From NCBI GenBank assembly GCA_023133595.1, contig JAGLWF010000006.1, positions 10,074-74,073 on the forward strand: a stretch of 64,000 bases of DNA. The letters run 5' to 3'. Position 1 is the stretch's first letter. Each line of letters opens with the position of its first letter. The translations under genes were made by a program, and so were the position numbers. The notes under the pieces were generated by a model, which was not told the DNA's origin, did no database searches, and saw nothing but the letters and a program-made list of their open reading frames with translations. The DNA comes from Nanobdellota archaeon (GTDB lineage Archaea; Nanobdellota; Nanobdellia; Woesearchaeales; WJKV01). Positions 48,788 through 57,615 of this stretch are shown here, one piece after another.

Positions 48788-49133
48788 TTTTAGTTATGAT
48801 AAAGAAAATGATGATTTATTTTTATTTAGTCCTAAATCTAAATCAAAAGGAAGTGTGGAACTAGGAAATATTATTTTTGATTATAATCATAAGAAGGAGC
48901 TTGTTGGAATTCAGATTATGAAGGCTTCAAAGTTGATGAAAGATATGGCTAATGTGAGTACCAATGTTATCAAAGACGTTTTAAATGATCTAAAGGACTG
49001 TAAGGTAGATGCTAAACTAAAAAATAATCTATTAATTGTGAAGATATACTTATTTAGTAAATCAAAGAAAGTTTCTTCTGTAATCTCTATTCCAAGGATT
49101 GTAGAGTCTAGTCCGGCTTTAGCATATGCTTAA
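48774..49133 (+). CDS. DUF2283-like putative antitoxin
   Basis: FSYDKENDDLFL...IIFDYNHKKELVGIQIMKASK. Confidence 0.75.
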   Translation: MQKFNFSYDKENDDLFLFSPKSKSKGSVELGNIIFDYNHKKELVGIQIMKASKLMKDMANVSTNVIKDVLNDLKDCKVDAKLKNNLLIVKIYLFSKSKKVSSVISIPRIVESSPALAYA

Positions 49134-49411
49134 TTCTAAATTTGCCTTGCCCCAAGCATTAATTGTGCCTAACTAATATTAAACGAACATTCCTTATAAT
49201 CCAAAAAGGGTATTCTTACTGCTAGCAGAGTGGACTTGTGGGAAAGCTTTTACATCCTATTATCATTGTGAATATCTGTAGGTTAATAGGGGTGTGAAAG
49301 GAAACCCAAAATAGACAAAAAAGAATGTTTTAAAATAATAAATCTTAAATACCTATGATTCTTTTAGTATATATAGGTGCAAATAAATTTTTATTTATTG
49401 CAACACTTAAA

Positions 49412-51097
49412 ATGAGACGACTGTTTGTTTTGCTGATCATATTTCTTTTATCTAGTTGTATTTGTGCTTATGGCTGGACTGCTGCAACTAGAATAATAGA
49501 GCCTGATACAATATCAAGGACAGATTATAAGGAAGACACACCGCTCGTGTCTTATTCTGAAGAAAGGGAAGATGATTATTCTGCTGGAAAAGATACTGAT
49601 ATTGAATATGATGATGATCAGCTCACGAAGTACAGGGAAGTATCTCGCAGGGCTATTGGAACAGAACAGTATGAAATAGATACTGAATATGATGCTGGAT
49701 ACAAGGAGAGAGACCTTGACTTTGTTCAAAGGCTGCCTGGGCAAAGAGCAGAAGATTCAAAAATTGATGTTAATGAGATGACTGCAGAAAAGCTTAATGA
49801 TTATCTGACTGATAAGATTACAGATATGGTTGATGAAGTACACCTTGGTCTGTTAAAATTGGCTAATGTTGTGACATCAGCTGCAGAAACTGTGGATGTG
49901 GAAGGTATAGATCTTAATGATATGATTGACAGAACAGGAAAAATAAAACATTCTGATATTGCTCTTTATAATAATATTGCTACGGAGAATGGATATGCTA
50001 GTTGGAATGAGATGGCAGACGAGTTCAATAAATTAAGTATGGTGAAATATTTCGGAGATATATTGAATAAAGCTGTTTATGACCATGAGAAGGGAAGATG
50101 GATAGATATTGAGGCACTGCAGGAGGTGCTTGAAGACATGGATGATGTTGAAATTAAAGACTGGTTTGATTCCCTGGATGAAGATTCTCAAAAAATAATC
50201 TTTGATGCAGATATAGGCAAAGAGGCAAGGACAAAACTAAAAAATGGAGTATATGACAAAGAAGGAAGACAAAAAGAAGCGCGTGCAATAACAGCAAAGG
50301 GTGGCACTCCAACAGAATCATGGCAGTACAACAAGTCTTATTATGAGAAAGAGACATTCTTTGGCAAGATGAAGCGCTGGATGGGACTTGGGGAGAAAGA
50401 AGCTGAATTTGTACAAAAGCTGGTTAAGACAGATATTCTTGACAAAGCAACTGAAACAGAGAAAATCAGTTTTTATGATGCTGACAGACAGGCAATAGGC
50501 ATTGCAAAGATATTGGTCGACAAATCATCCAAAGGTAAGGTTCATAGATACACACATTACATCTCATATAATCATATGGGAGATATTGACACTGAAATCA
50601 TCATTGATAATGAAAAAGGAACAGTGACAGATGCTGATGCCCTGAAAGAGCTTGTTGCAGATGATGATTCAGAATTCTTTGACTGGCTCGAGAACAATAC
50701 AGGCCTTTCTGTTGATGAGCTGGTGTTAAAAGCCTCAGGACAAAAGAAACAACCTTATGATATCCATGAAAAGGCACAATACGAAAAGACAGAAACATAT
50801 GAAAAAGAGCCAGAAGAAGAGATAAAGGTCACTTATTTAAGCAATAAGACATTATTCAAAGTGGAAAGAAAGCAAAAAGTCAAGCTCTTTGGCCTTATTC
50901 CCCTAAAAATCAAAAGCACCACCATCATAGACCCAAGTGAAAGCAAGACAGTAACAAAGATAAAACCCTGGTGGAGCATTATTTTTACAACAAGCAAAAA
51001 AACAACCTGCGGCAACAATGTCTGCGATCACAAAGAAACCTCTACTAATTGTCCTGAAGATTGTATTCTAGCTGAGAATCCCACTGGCCAGACCTGA
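49412..51097 (+). CDS. Secreted acidic protein with C-terminal KLFGLIP...PWW motif and Cys-rich repeat
   Basis: Signal peptide from ATG 49412; ends KLFGLIP...KPWWSII...CGNNVCDHKETSTNCPEDC. Confidence 0.75.
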   Translation: MRRLFVLLIIFLLSSCICAYGWTAATRIIEPDTISRTDYKEDTPLVSYSEEREDDYSAGKDTDIEYDDDQLTKYREVSRRAIGTEQYEIDTEYDAGYKERDLDFVQRLPGQRAEDSKIDVNEMTAEKLNDYLTDKITDMVDEVHLGLLKLANVVTSAAETVDVEGIDLNDMIDRTGKIKHSDIALYNNIATENGYASWNEMADEFNKLSMVKYFGDILNKAVYDHEKGRWIDIEALQEVLEDMDDVEIKDWFDSLDEDSQKIIFDADIGKEARTKLKNGVYDKEGRQKEARAITAKGGTPTESWQYNKSYYEKETFFGKMKRWMGLGEKEAEFVQKLVKTDILDKATETEKISFYDADRQAIGIAKILVDKSSKGKVHRYTHYISYNHMGDIDTEIIIDNEKGTVTDADALKELVADDDSEFFDWLENNTGLSVDELVLKASGQKKQPYDIHEKAQYEKTETYEKEPEEEIKVTYLSNKTLFKVERKQKVKLFGLIPLKIKSTTIIDPSESKTVTKIKPWWSIIFTTSKKTTCGNNVCDHKETSTNCPEDCILAENPTGQT

Positions 51098-51111
51098 AGA
51101 AAAGCTTACAG

Positions 51112-51152
51112 AGGAAAGATTTATATCCTATTATTATATTGTAAACATTATG
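51112..51152 (+). repeat. 41-bp promoter-containing direct repeat, copy 1
   Basis: AGGAAAGATTTATATCCTATTATTATATTGTAAACATTATG; 40/41 identical to 51749-51789. Confidence 0.9.
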
Positions 51153-51272
51153 ATTGAAGTGGATCTTAGAGAATATGTCTGGTAATAAAATCTATACTCC
51201 TTCTGAACAAAATGCTATTTTTACAATTTAATAGCCAAAAGCTTTATATACTATAGCCACCTATAGTATACT

Positions 51273-51491
51273 ATGGCAACAACAATACAGATAAGCGAAG
51301 AGCTCCAGAAAGAGCTCAACAAGAAGAAGATGTTTGACAGGGAGACCTACGAAGAGGTGATCCGGGACCTGATGGAAGATACTATGGAACTGAGCGAGGA
51401 GACAAAAAGGAATATTAAGCAGGCTGAAAAAGATTTCAAAGAAGGCAAATATAAGACTCTTGAAGAAGTTGAAAAAGAACTAGGTTTATAG
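51273..51491 (+). CDS. Antitoxin of a RelE pair
   Basis: TTIQISEEL...ETYEEVIRDLME...KYKTLEEVEKELGL; directly upstream of RelE. Confidence 0.8.
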   Translation: MATTIQISEELQKELNKKKMFDRETYEEVIRDLMEDTMELSEETKRNIKQAEKDFKEGKYKTLEEVEKELGL

Positions 51492-51501
51492 AGGTGTTTA
51501 A

Positions 51502-51750
51502 GTGTATTCTATACTATTATCAAGAATTGCAGAAAAACAGCTAAAGAAATTTGATAAAAACAAACAAACAAGAATAATATCCGCCATAAAAAGATGCAGG
51601 ATAAGACCATACGTGCATGTGAAAAGACTCGTAGAAAGCCCGTATTTTAGATTAAGGGTCGGAAATTATAGAATAATTATGAATATTAAAGAAAATAAAC
51701 TTAGAATACTTGTCATAGAAATCAAACACAGGAAAAAGGTGTACAAGTAG
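51502..51750 (+). CDS. relE: RelE/ParE-family toxin
   Basis: GTG start with GAGGTG RBS; AEKQLKKFD...KRL...YFRLRVGNYRII...IKHRKKVY. Confidence 0.9.
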   Translation: MYSILLSRIAEKQLKKFDKNKQTRIISAIKRCRIRPYVHVKRLVESPYFRLRVGNYRIIMNIKENKLRILVIEIKHRKKVYK

Positions 51751-51789
51751 GAAAGATTTATATCCTATTATTATATTGTAAATATTATG
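51749..51789 (+). repeat. 41-bp promoter-containing direct repeat, copy 2
   Basis: Begins in the RelE stop codon and ends in the ATG of 51787-52167. Confidence 0.9.
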
Positions 51790-52167
51790 GATTATGAAAA
51801 GCTATTAAGAAGAATATCTTATTATGGCTATGGTTTGCTTATTGCATGGATTCTTTATCTAGTTATAGTATTGATTTATGTGATAGCAGACGTAGATGCT
51901 CCTATAACTGCGTTTTTTCTAGTTGCGTTCATATCTTTGGTAGGTTTTTTCGGAGCATTTTCATTACGTTTCCCTGATTTCTTGATTGGATTATTATCTA
52001 TACTTTTCTGGATCTCATTTATCCTGATCATAACATGCTTTGTTATCTGCAAGAGAAATCCAAAGTATTCAATGTTCAAGAAAAGATTTAGATCATTATT
52101 ATATTATTTTTTGATAGTCATTATTGCCACGATTATCTGTGCGTTTATGTTTGCTAGTTATACTTAG
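51787..52167 (+). CDS. Multi-pass membrane protein
   Basis: About four hydrophobic segments in 126 aa. Confidence 0.65.
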   Translation: MDYEKLLRRISYYGYGLLIAWILYLVIVLIYVIADVDAPITAFFLVAFISLVGFFGAFSLRFPDFLIGLLSILFWISFILIITCFVICKRNPKYSMFKKRFRSLLYYFLIVIIATIICAFMFASYT

Positions 52168-52177
52168 AGGAGATATT

Positions 52178-52657
52178 ATGAACAAACAAGCTTTGTTAGG
52201 ATTTATCTTGAAAGCGCATCAAAATACCTATGCTGCTCCTAAAGATATTAAGAAAAAATATAAGTGTCGGAAGTCTATATTACCAGGGCATAAAGATTAT
52301 GATTTTGTCTCTGGCGATTGGAGATATCATGATTCCTATACTGGAAGTGAATGGGCACCTGGAAGAGAAGTTGTCTTCTTTAAAGGAAAGCCTGTCTGGT
52401 GCATGTCCTACCAAGGACAAACTGTTTCTGGACTTTCTGAAGCTTTTGTCGAAGAAACTTTCGAGTTTTTGAAGAAAGCTTTGCGGACAATTACAATAGA
52501 CCTCCCATTCCGAGGACCTAAAAGATTCAAATCTGGAGATTTTGTGTATACGTTTAAAATGAAAGGTGATTATAAGTACTTTGTTGGTCGGGAGAGTGTT
52601 ACACATAAAGGAAAAGAAGTGTTCTTCCAGGATGTTATGGGAACACTGATAAAATAA
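52178..52657 (+). CDS. DUF5680-like protein
   Basis: AGGAG RBS; WRYHDSYTG...GREVVFFKGKPVWCMSYQG...LPFRGP pattern as recalled for that family. Confidence 0.7.
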   Translation: MNKQALLGFILKAHQNTYAAPKDIKKKYKCRKSILPGHKDYDFVSGDWRYHDSYTGSEWAPGREVVFFKGKPVWCMSYQGQTVSGLSEAFVEETFEFLKKALRTITIDLPFRGPKRFKSGDFVYTFKMKGDYKYFVGRESVTHKGKEVFFQDVMGTLIK

Positions 52658-52659
52658 TC

Positions 52660-53094
52660 TTAACCAAATTTTCCTATCAAACTCTCAAAGAATTCTTTAT
52701 CTTTTTTTGTTGCTTTCCTGCATAGATGCTTGTAATCATCCACTTTAAGCTCTTGCATCTCTATTGGTTTTACTTCTTTCAGATTAATCCATTGATGCGA
52801 TCCTTTTGGTGCTTCTGTGAATCCTCTGCTGCTTAATTTGTAGAGATAAAAAGTTTTTCCTTTTCTTATGTTTCCATTGATAAGAACCATCTGCACTGGC
52901 TTCTTGCTGTAATCGGCATATTTCTTATATCTCCTGTCAACCAAACCAAACTCGATTGCCAATGCCTTTATGTCTGTTGCATAAACAGCTTTCTTATTAC
53001 TCGCAGGATGACCAGAAAGATCAACAGCTTTAGAAGGCTTTATTGTGTTCATCTTCCTTATAGACCCATGCCACAGATATTTTGGTTTAGCCAT
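52660..53094 (-). CDS. Putative ADP-ribosyltransferase-fold protein (Arr-like)
   Basis: YLWHGS...IKP...AVYAT...AIEFG...YLYKL order of motifs (inference). Confidence 0.5.
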   Translation of the reverse strand: MAKPKYLWHGSIRKMNTIKPSKAVDLSGHPASNKKAVYATDIKALAIEFGLVDRRYKKYADYSKKPVQMVLINGNIRKGKTFYLYKLSSRGFTEAPKGSHQWINLKEVKPIEMQELKVDDYKHLCRKATKKDKEFFESLIGKFG

Positions 53095-53140
53095 GAATAG
53101 ATATGTGTATAGAAGAGATATAAAGGTTTTGGTGCCTTTC

Positions 53141-53182
53141 CCTGCGAACGAAGTGAGCCTTCAGGGCAGGATGTTATGGGTG
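53141..53182. repeat. GCGAACGAAGTGAGC element, third copy
   Basis: Shares CCTGCGAACGAAGTGAGCCTTC and CAGGATGTTATGGGTG with 48290-48331. Confidence 0.85.
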
Positions 53183-53218
53183 GGATGGTAAAGTAGAAAA
53201 GATAATTTTATAAATAGA

Positions 53219-53965
53219 TTATTTGACTAAATGAATTTGACCAATTCTCAATCGATATTCTTTCGCAACTTTTTTTATTGAATTATGACAGTTTTTATCA
53301 CATGTAAAAAAATTCAGAGTCCTAACTTCCTCATTATAACTCAAGAATTCAGCGGATAATTTCATATCTTCATAATCTTGTTTATTATCAAAGATATTTT
53401 CTTTACTATTTTTTATATTTTGAAACCATTTTTGATAATTATCATATTCCTCGATACGTTTAGTCCCAAATTTTTGAAAGAATTTTAAAAACTTATTTAA
53501 AACATCTTCTGCGATTTGTTCAGAATTAGTAGTATATTTCTCTCGAAATTCTCCAAACGCATCATCATCTTCGTACAATTTAGGAATGGAATATTCAGAT
53601 AATAGTAAATTAACAAAATCTTTAACCGCTTTAGCATTATAATTCATAAATCTTGCATTTTCTTGAATAATTAAGTCATCGATAGCTTTATTTATATTTT
53701 CAGAAATGACTAATGAATTGGGTCTATATTTCTGTGACGGAGATTTACTTCTTTTCTCTTTTTCGTCTCTTATAGCTTTATCAATTATATTACAAGCAGT
53801 TTCCAAATAGTCGGTATATTTATAGATAAAAGTAGCTTTTACTTGTGCTAAAAGCAAATAAGAATTCCTTTTTTGCTTTGCCATATAAAAATATACTTTT
53901 TTATTGAACTTATGTGTCGTATCATTATATGCAAAAATCACATTTACATCTGAAGAAATTGTCAT
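53219..53965 (-). CDS. Large PIN-like protein
   Basis: N-terminal SSDVNVIF and C-terminal DYEDMKL...FFTCDKN resemble PIN acidic motifs (inference). Confidence 0.55.
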   Translation of the reverse strand: MTISSDVNVIFAYNDTTHKFNKKVYFYMAKQKRNSYLLLAQVKATFIYKYTDYLETACNIIDKAIRDEKEKRSKSPSQKYRPNSLVISENINKAIDDLIIQENARFMNYNAKAVKDFVNLLLSEYSIPKLYEDDDAFGEFREKYTTNSEQIAEDVLNKFLKFFQKFGTKRIEEYDNYQKWFQNIKNSKENIFDNKQDYEDMKLSAEFLSYNEEVRTLNFFTCDKNCHNSIKKVAKEYRLRIGQIHLVK

Positions 53966-53967
53966 TT

Positions 53968-54669
53968 TTAATTATATCTCGGTTTTGTTTTGATATTGTA
54001 TAATAACACTATCCGTTCAGTACCTAATAGTTTAGCAAAATATCCAAATTTATCATCATTTGCTTCTTGAAGATTTAATGAAATATACAATATTCTTAAC
54101 ATCAGAAACTCTAGGGGCAATATTAATTCATTAAATTTCTTAAGTCCTCCAGGAGTTAATTGTTTTTCATGATATCTCTCATAAATTTCTTTAGAAACCT
54201 CTTTTATCAGTTTAAATACTTTCATCATTTCGTTTAATAATTTTATACGGGAGAGAGATAATCCTCCAGATTTGTTATATTTTAGGGCATCATAAAATTG
54301 AGTGGCAAATTTAGAATATTCTAACATTGAACTAATTAATAATTCCCATTTAAATTTACTCATATCTTTTTTGTGTAATGGCTCTACGCTATATTGTAGA
54401 ATATCTTCATCAGAAACTCCAAATATTTCACTTAATTTCTCTATATTATCCACAAATATTTTTAGATTCCATTCTCCATCTGGCAAGGTGTCCATAAATT
54501 CTTGAATTTTTTTAAGGTCGATCTCTCTCTTTTTTATTTCATTAAGAACTATCGTTACATTAAGTTTAGAAGTTTTTTGAATAAATAATTTATCAAGAAC
54601 AAAATTAAAGATAGACATAAATCCATTTACTTTACTAGAGATATATTGTTCTGCGTTTCCAACTTCCAT
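53968..54669 (-). CDS. Hypothetical helical protein upstream of the PIN-like gene
   Basis: 233 aa, very AT-rich, stop 2 nt from the next start. Confidence 0.7.
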   Translation of the reverse strand: MEVGNAEQYISSKVNGFMSIFNFVLDKLFIQKTSKLNVTIVLNEIKKREIDLKKIQEFMDTLPDGEWNLKIFVDNIEKLSEIFGVSDEDILQYSVEPLHKKDMSKFKWELLISSMLEYSKFATQFYDALKYNKSGGLSLSRIKLLNEMMKVFKLIKEVSKEIYERYHEKQLTPGGLKKFNELILPLEFLMLRILYISLNLQEANDDKFGYFAKLLGTERIVLLYNIKTKPRYN

Positions 54670-54860
54670 TTATCCACCAATTAGACCAAGTGAAGGCAGT
54701 ATTTAAAAGTTACTATCTTTAAACAGCAAGAACCTACACCTATCCTCTTTGTTATTCTGTTTAGAATAGAAGAATTTGCCATATTTAAGCGTTTTGGTGT
54801 AAGGATTATGCATATTATATAACAAGGTAGGTTCATTTATAAAGAACTAGATATTAAAAG

Positions 54861-54945
54861 CTACTAATTTTAAGGAAATTAGTAGGTTTCAATATATTTT
54901 ATTCAAGTTATAATACCTACTAATTTTAACTAATTTAGTAGGTTT
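54861..54945. promoter_or_regulatory. Two palindromic operator-like sites upstream of the second Fic gene
   Basis: CTACTAATTT-taagg-AAATTAGTAG 54861-54885 and ACCTACTAA-n11-TTAGTAGGT 54915-54943, period 56 bp. Confidence 0.6.
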
Positions 54946-54983
54946 TAGTAAGTTTTATATACTTGTTATATCTTCTTAAATAC

Positions 54984-56324
54984 ATGAGAATTCCAGAACC
55001 TCCCCCAGACATTAAAAATATATTTGAAAAAGAAAAAGAAGAATTATTTAATTATTTGCGTAGAGAAGATATTCAAAATTTTATTAAGCGAATCAATAAT
55101 CAATACTTATCTTGGGATGAATTTAAATATAGAAAATCTCCAAGAGGGACAAAAAATGAATTATTATGGGCTTTAGTAAAATTGATTAGAAACTCAGACA
55201 TGAAGAATCTGAAAATAAGCAAAATTAAATCTTTTAATTTTAAGTATAAATTAATAAATAAAGTACAGCAAAAACTACATGAATTTGATCTGAATCTTGG
55301 GGGTTCCTTAGGTACTAATTCTATAGTTCCTGAAGAAGAAAGAGAGAAATTCCTAATTAGTTCTATAATGGAAGAAGCTATAGCGTCAAGTCAACTTGAA
55401 GGCGCCGCTACTACAAGAAAAGTTGCTAAGGAGATGCTTAAAACTTCTAGAAAACCTAAGAATAAGTCTGAGAAAATGATCTTGAATAATTACTTAACTA
55501 TCAAAAAAATTTTAGAACTAAAAGATAAAAAATTAACAAAAGATACTATCCTTGAAATTCATAAAAGCATGACAAGAGATGCCTTGGATAATAAAGAGGA
55601 TGAAGGAAAATTCAGGGTAACTAATGATATCCATGTAATTGACAATATAACAGGAAAAATTTTCTATAGCCCTCCAGATTTCAAACACATCCCTCAATTG
55701 ATAGATGGTTTTTGTAATTTTGCTAACAAAAATGGAGCAGAAGAATTTATGCATCCAATAGTAAAAGCTATAATCTTACACTTTCTCATGGGATACATAC
55801 ATCCATTCGCAGATGGAAATGGAAGAACTGCAAGAGCAATATTTTATTGGTATCTTTTGGTTCATGGTTATTGGTTATTCGAATTTATGAGTATATCAAG
55901 AACAATTATAAAATCTCCTTCCCAATACGCAAGAGCATACTTATATACCGAAGGAGACGAAAATGACCTTACTTATTTCATAAATTATCAAGTCAGGACA
56001 ATAGACTTAGCGTTAAAAGACTTAGGAGAATATATTGCAAGTCAAATTAAAGAAAAAGAAAAATTGTATGAATTCCTACGAATAGAGGGATTAAATATAA
56101 GACAGATCCATATTCTTAAAAAATTCTCCGAAAATCCTAAAAAGGTAATGACAATTAAGGAAGTAGAAAATGTTTTTGATGTTGTTTATCAAACTGCAAG
56201 AAATGATTTATTAAAACTTGAGGATCTTGGCTTTTTAATAAAGAAAAAATTAGGAAAACAAAAATTCTTATTTTTGAGAGCTGAAAATTTTAAAGATAAA
56301 ATAAAGAAGCATTTAAAAAAATAA
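54984..56324 (+). CDS. Fic-domain protein with C-terminal wHTH
   Basis: HPFADGNGRTAR; SSQLEG inhibitory motif; C-terminal MTIKEVENVFDVVYQTARNDLLKLEDLG. Confidence 0.92.
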   Translation: MRIPEPPPDIKNIFEKEKEELFNYLRREDIQNFIKRINNQYLSWDEFKYRKSPRGTKNELLWALVKLIRNSDMKNLKISKIKSFNFKYKLINKVQQKLHEFDLNLGGSLGTNSIVPEEEREKFLISSIMEEAIASSQLEGAATTRKVAKEMLKTSRKPKNKSEKMILNNYLTIKKILELKDKKLTKDTILEIHKSMTRDALDNKEDEGKFRVTNDIHVIDNITGKIFYSPPDFKHIPQLIDGFCNFANKNGAEEFMHPIVKAIILHFLMGYIHPFADGNGRTARAIFYWYLLVHGYWLFEFMSISRTIIKSPSQYARAYLYTEGDENDLTYFINYQVRTIDLALKDLGEYIASQIKEKEKLYEFLRIEGLNIRQIHILKKFSENPKKVMTIKEVENVFDVVYQTARNDLLKLEDLGFLIKKKLGKQKFLFLRAENFKDKIKKHLKK

Positions 56325-56378
56325 GCAGAGACGAACATTAAATCCCTTATACTCTTTCCCAAAACACACCTAACCTTT

Positions 56379-56891
56379 TCACAATTTCTTCTCAGCTTTT
56401 TCAAAAGTTTTCAAAACCTTTACCCAAGCAGGATTCTGTCTCATGAAATCCACGAGCATCTGATAAGATTCTTCTTTGAACAAGCCAGAATCTATCTTTG
56501 GCCATTTCCTGACATAGAATGAAGTGAGATGTTTTGGGTCAAGGTGTGCTGCGCCTCCATGCGGGTCAGGGCATGCAACTACAATCCTGCTGATCCGATT
56601 AAGCACAGCAGTGCCCATGCACATCAGGCATGGTTCGAGAGTCGTATACAATTCAACTTTAGAATTATTTTTTCTTTTTTCTCTTATGATATTAGCATTA
56701 GCATTCAATAATCTCAACTCTGCATGAGATACCCAGTTCTTATTAGAATAGAGAGCATTCCTTCCACTGTCAACAAATTTACCATCTATGACTAATACAG
56801 CTCCCACAGGATAATCTCCATTAGAGTAAGCTTTCCTAGCCTCTTCTAGAGCAAGCTTCATGAATTTTTTATCATCAGCTGTGAATGCCAT
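56379..56891 (-). CDS. Zinc-dependent nucleoside deaminase, TadA-like
   Basis: PVGAVLV, HAE, LYTTLEPCLMC, DPHGGA. Confidence 0.88.
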   Translation of the reverse strand: MAFTADDKKFMKLALEEARKAYSNGDYPVGAVLVIDGKFVDSGRNALYSNKNWVSHAELRLLNANANIIREKRKNNSKVELYTTLEPCLMCMGTAVLNRISRIVVACPDPHGGAAHLDPKHLTSFYVRKWPKIDSGLFKEESYQMLVDFMRQNPAWVKVLKTFEKAEKKL

Positions 56892-56978
56892 AAATACAAT
56901 CAGAAAGAAGGTGTTTATATTGCTTTGCCAGTGTTTAACAGAGCAAAGTTTATATCTAAGCAGCCCTATATCTACCTT

Positions 56979-57299
56979 ATGAATGTCTTATTCGTATGCA
57001 ATCAGAACCAGAACAGGAGCAGGACTGCTGAAGATCTCTTCAAAGACAGGTTCAACACCAGATCTGCAGGATTGTATAATGACAAACCTATAACTGAAGA
57101 CCAGGTTTCCTGGGCTGACATGATAATAGTGATGGAAGAAGTACAGCGCAGTGAGATAGCAAAGAGATTTCCACAGCAATACATGACCAAACGCATCCTC
57201 TCTCTTGGAGTCCCGGATGTTTACAATTATAATCAACCAGAGCTTATAGAAACTTTAAATTCTAAAACAGAAGAATTATTTGAGCCACTCCTCAAATAG
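56979..57299 (+). CDS. Low-molecular-weight protein tyrosine phosphatase-like protein
   Basis: VLFVCNQNQNRSRTAE (Cx5R), WADMIIVME, LGVPDVY. Confidence 0.85.
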   Translation: MNVLFVCNQNQNRSRTAEDLFKDRFNTRSAGLYNDKPITEDQVSWADMIIVMEEVQRSEIAKRFPQQYMTKRILSLGVPDVYNYNQPELIETLNSKTEELFEPLLK

Positions 57300-57449
57300 C
57301 TTCCTGGCCTCTTCTTTTGTCGCAACAATCTTTGTCTCAGCCACCAATAATTCTGGCAATCTCCGTGTAACTTTATACTTTTTACCGAAAGGATACTGCA
57401 ATTCCATGATGCTTATCTCCCATTTCTTGACAGGATGTCTCTCTTCCAT
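57276..57449 (-). CDS. Small hypothetical protein (57 aa)
   Basis: Below the track cutoff; hand translation MEERHPVKKWEISIMELQYPFGKKYKVTRRLPELLVAETKIVATKEEARKLFEEWLK. Confidence 0.55.
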   Translation of the reverse strand: MEERHPVKKWEISIMELQYPFGKKYKVTRRLPELLVAETKIVATKEEARKLFEEWLK

Positions 57450-57615
57450 GGATATTTCTACGTAATATGGATTTAATTGCTATTCCAAGGGATTTTTAGA
57501 AAAAATGCATGAATATTGCAGATAATGTTGGATCATTTGTATTACCTGCACATGCGCTTTGACAATTTGAAATATTTACATAACCTTTAAAACCTGCAAA
57601 CACATATATTTCTAT

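Larger units (their letters stand above)
48414..49151. repeat. 13-bp perfect inverted repeats flanking the DUF4258/DUF2283-like pair
   Basis: GGCAAGGCAAATT 48414-48426 and AATTTGCCTTGCC 49139-49151. Confidence 0.8.

Noticed and set aside
42600-54800. Recurrent TTTTGGTG at gene junctions as a cassette boundary
   Set aside because: At 42606, 53127 and 54793 it directly follows a minus-strand TATA-like box and reads as an ordinary BRE (CACCAAAA), so it is not evidence of recombination.
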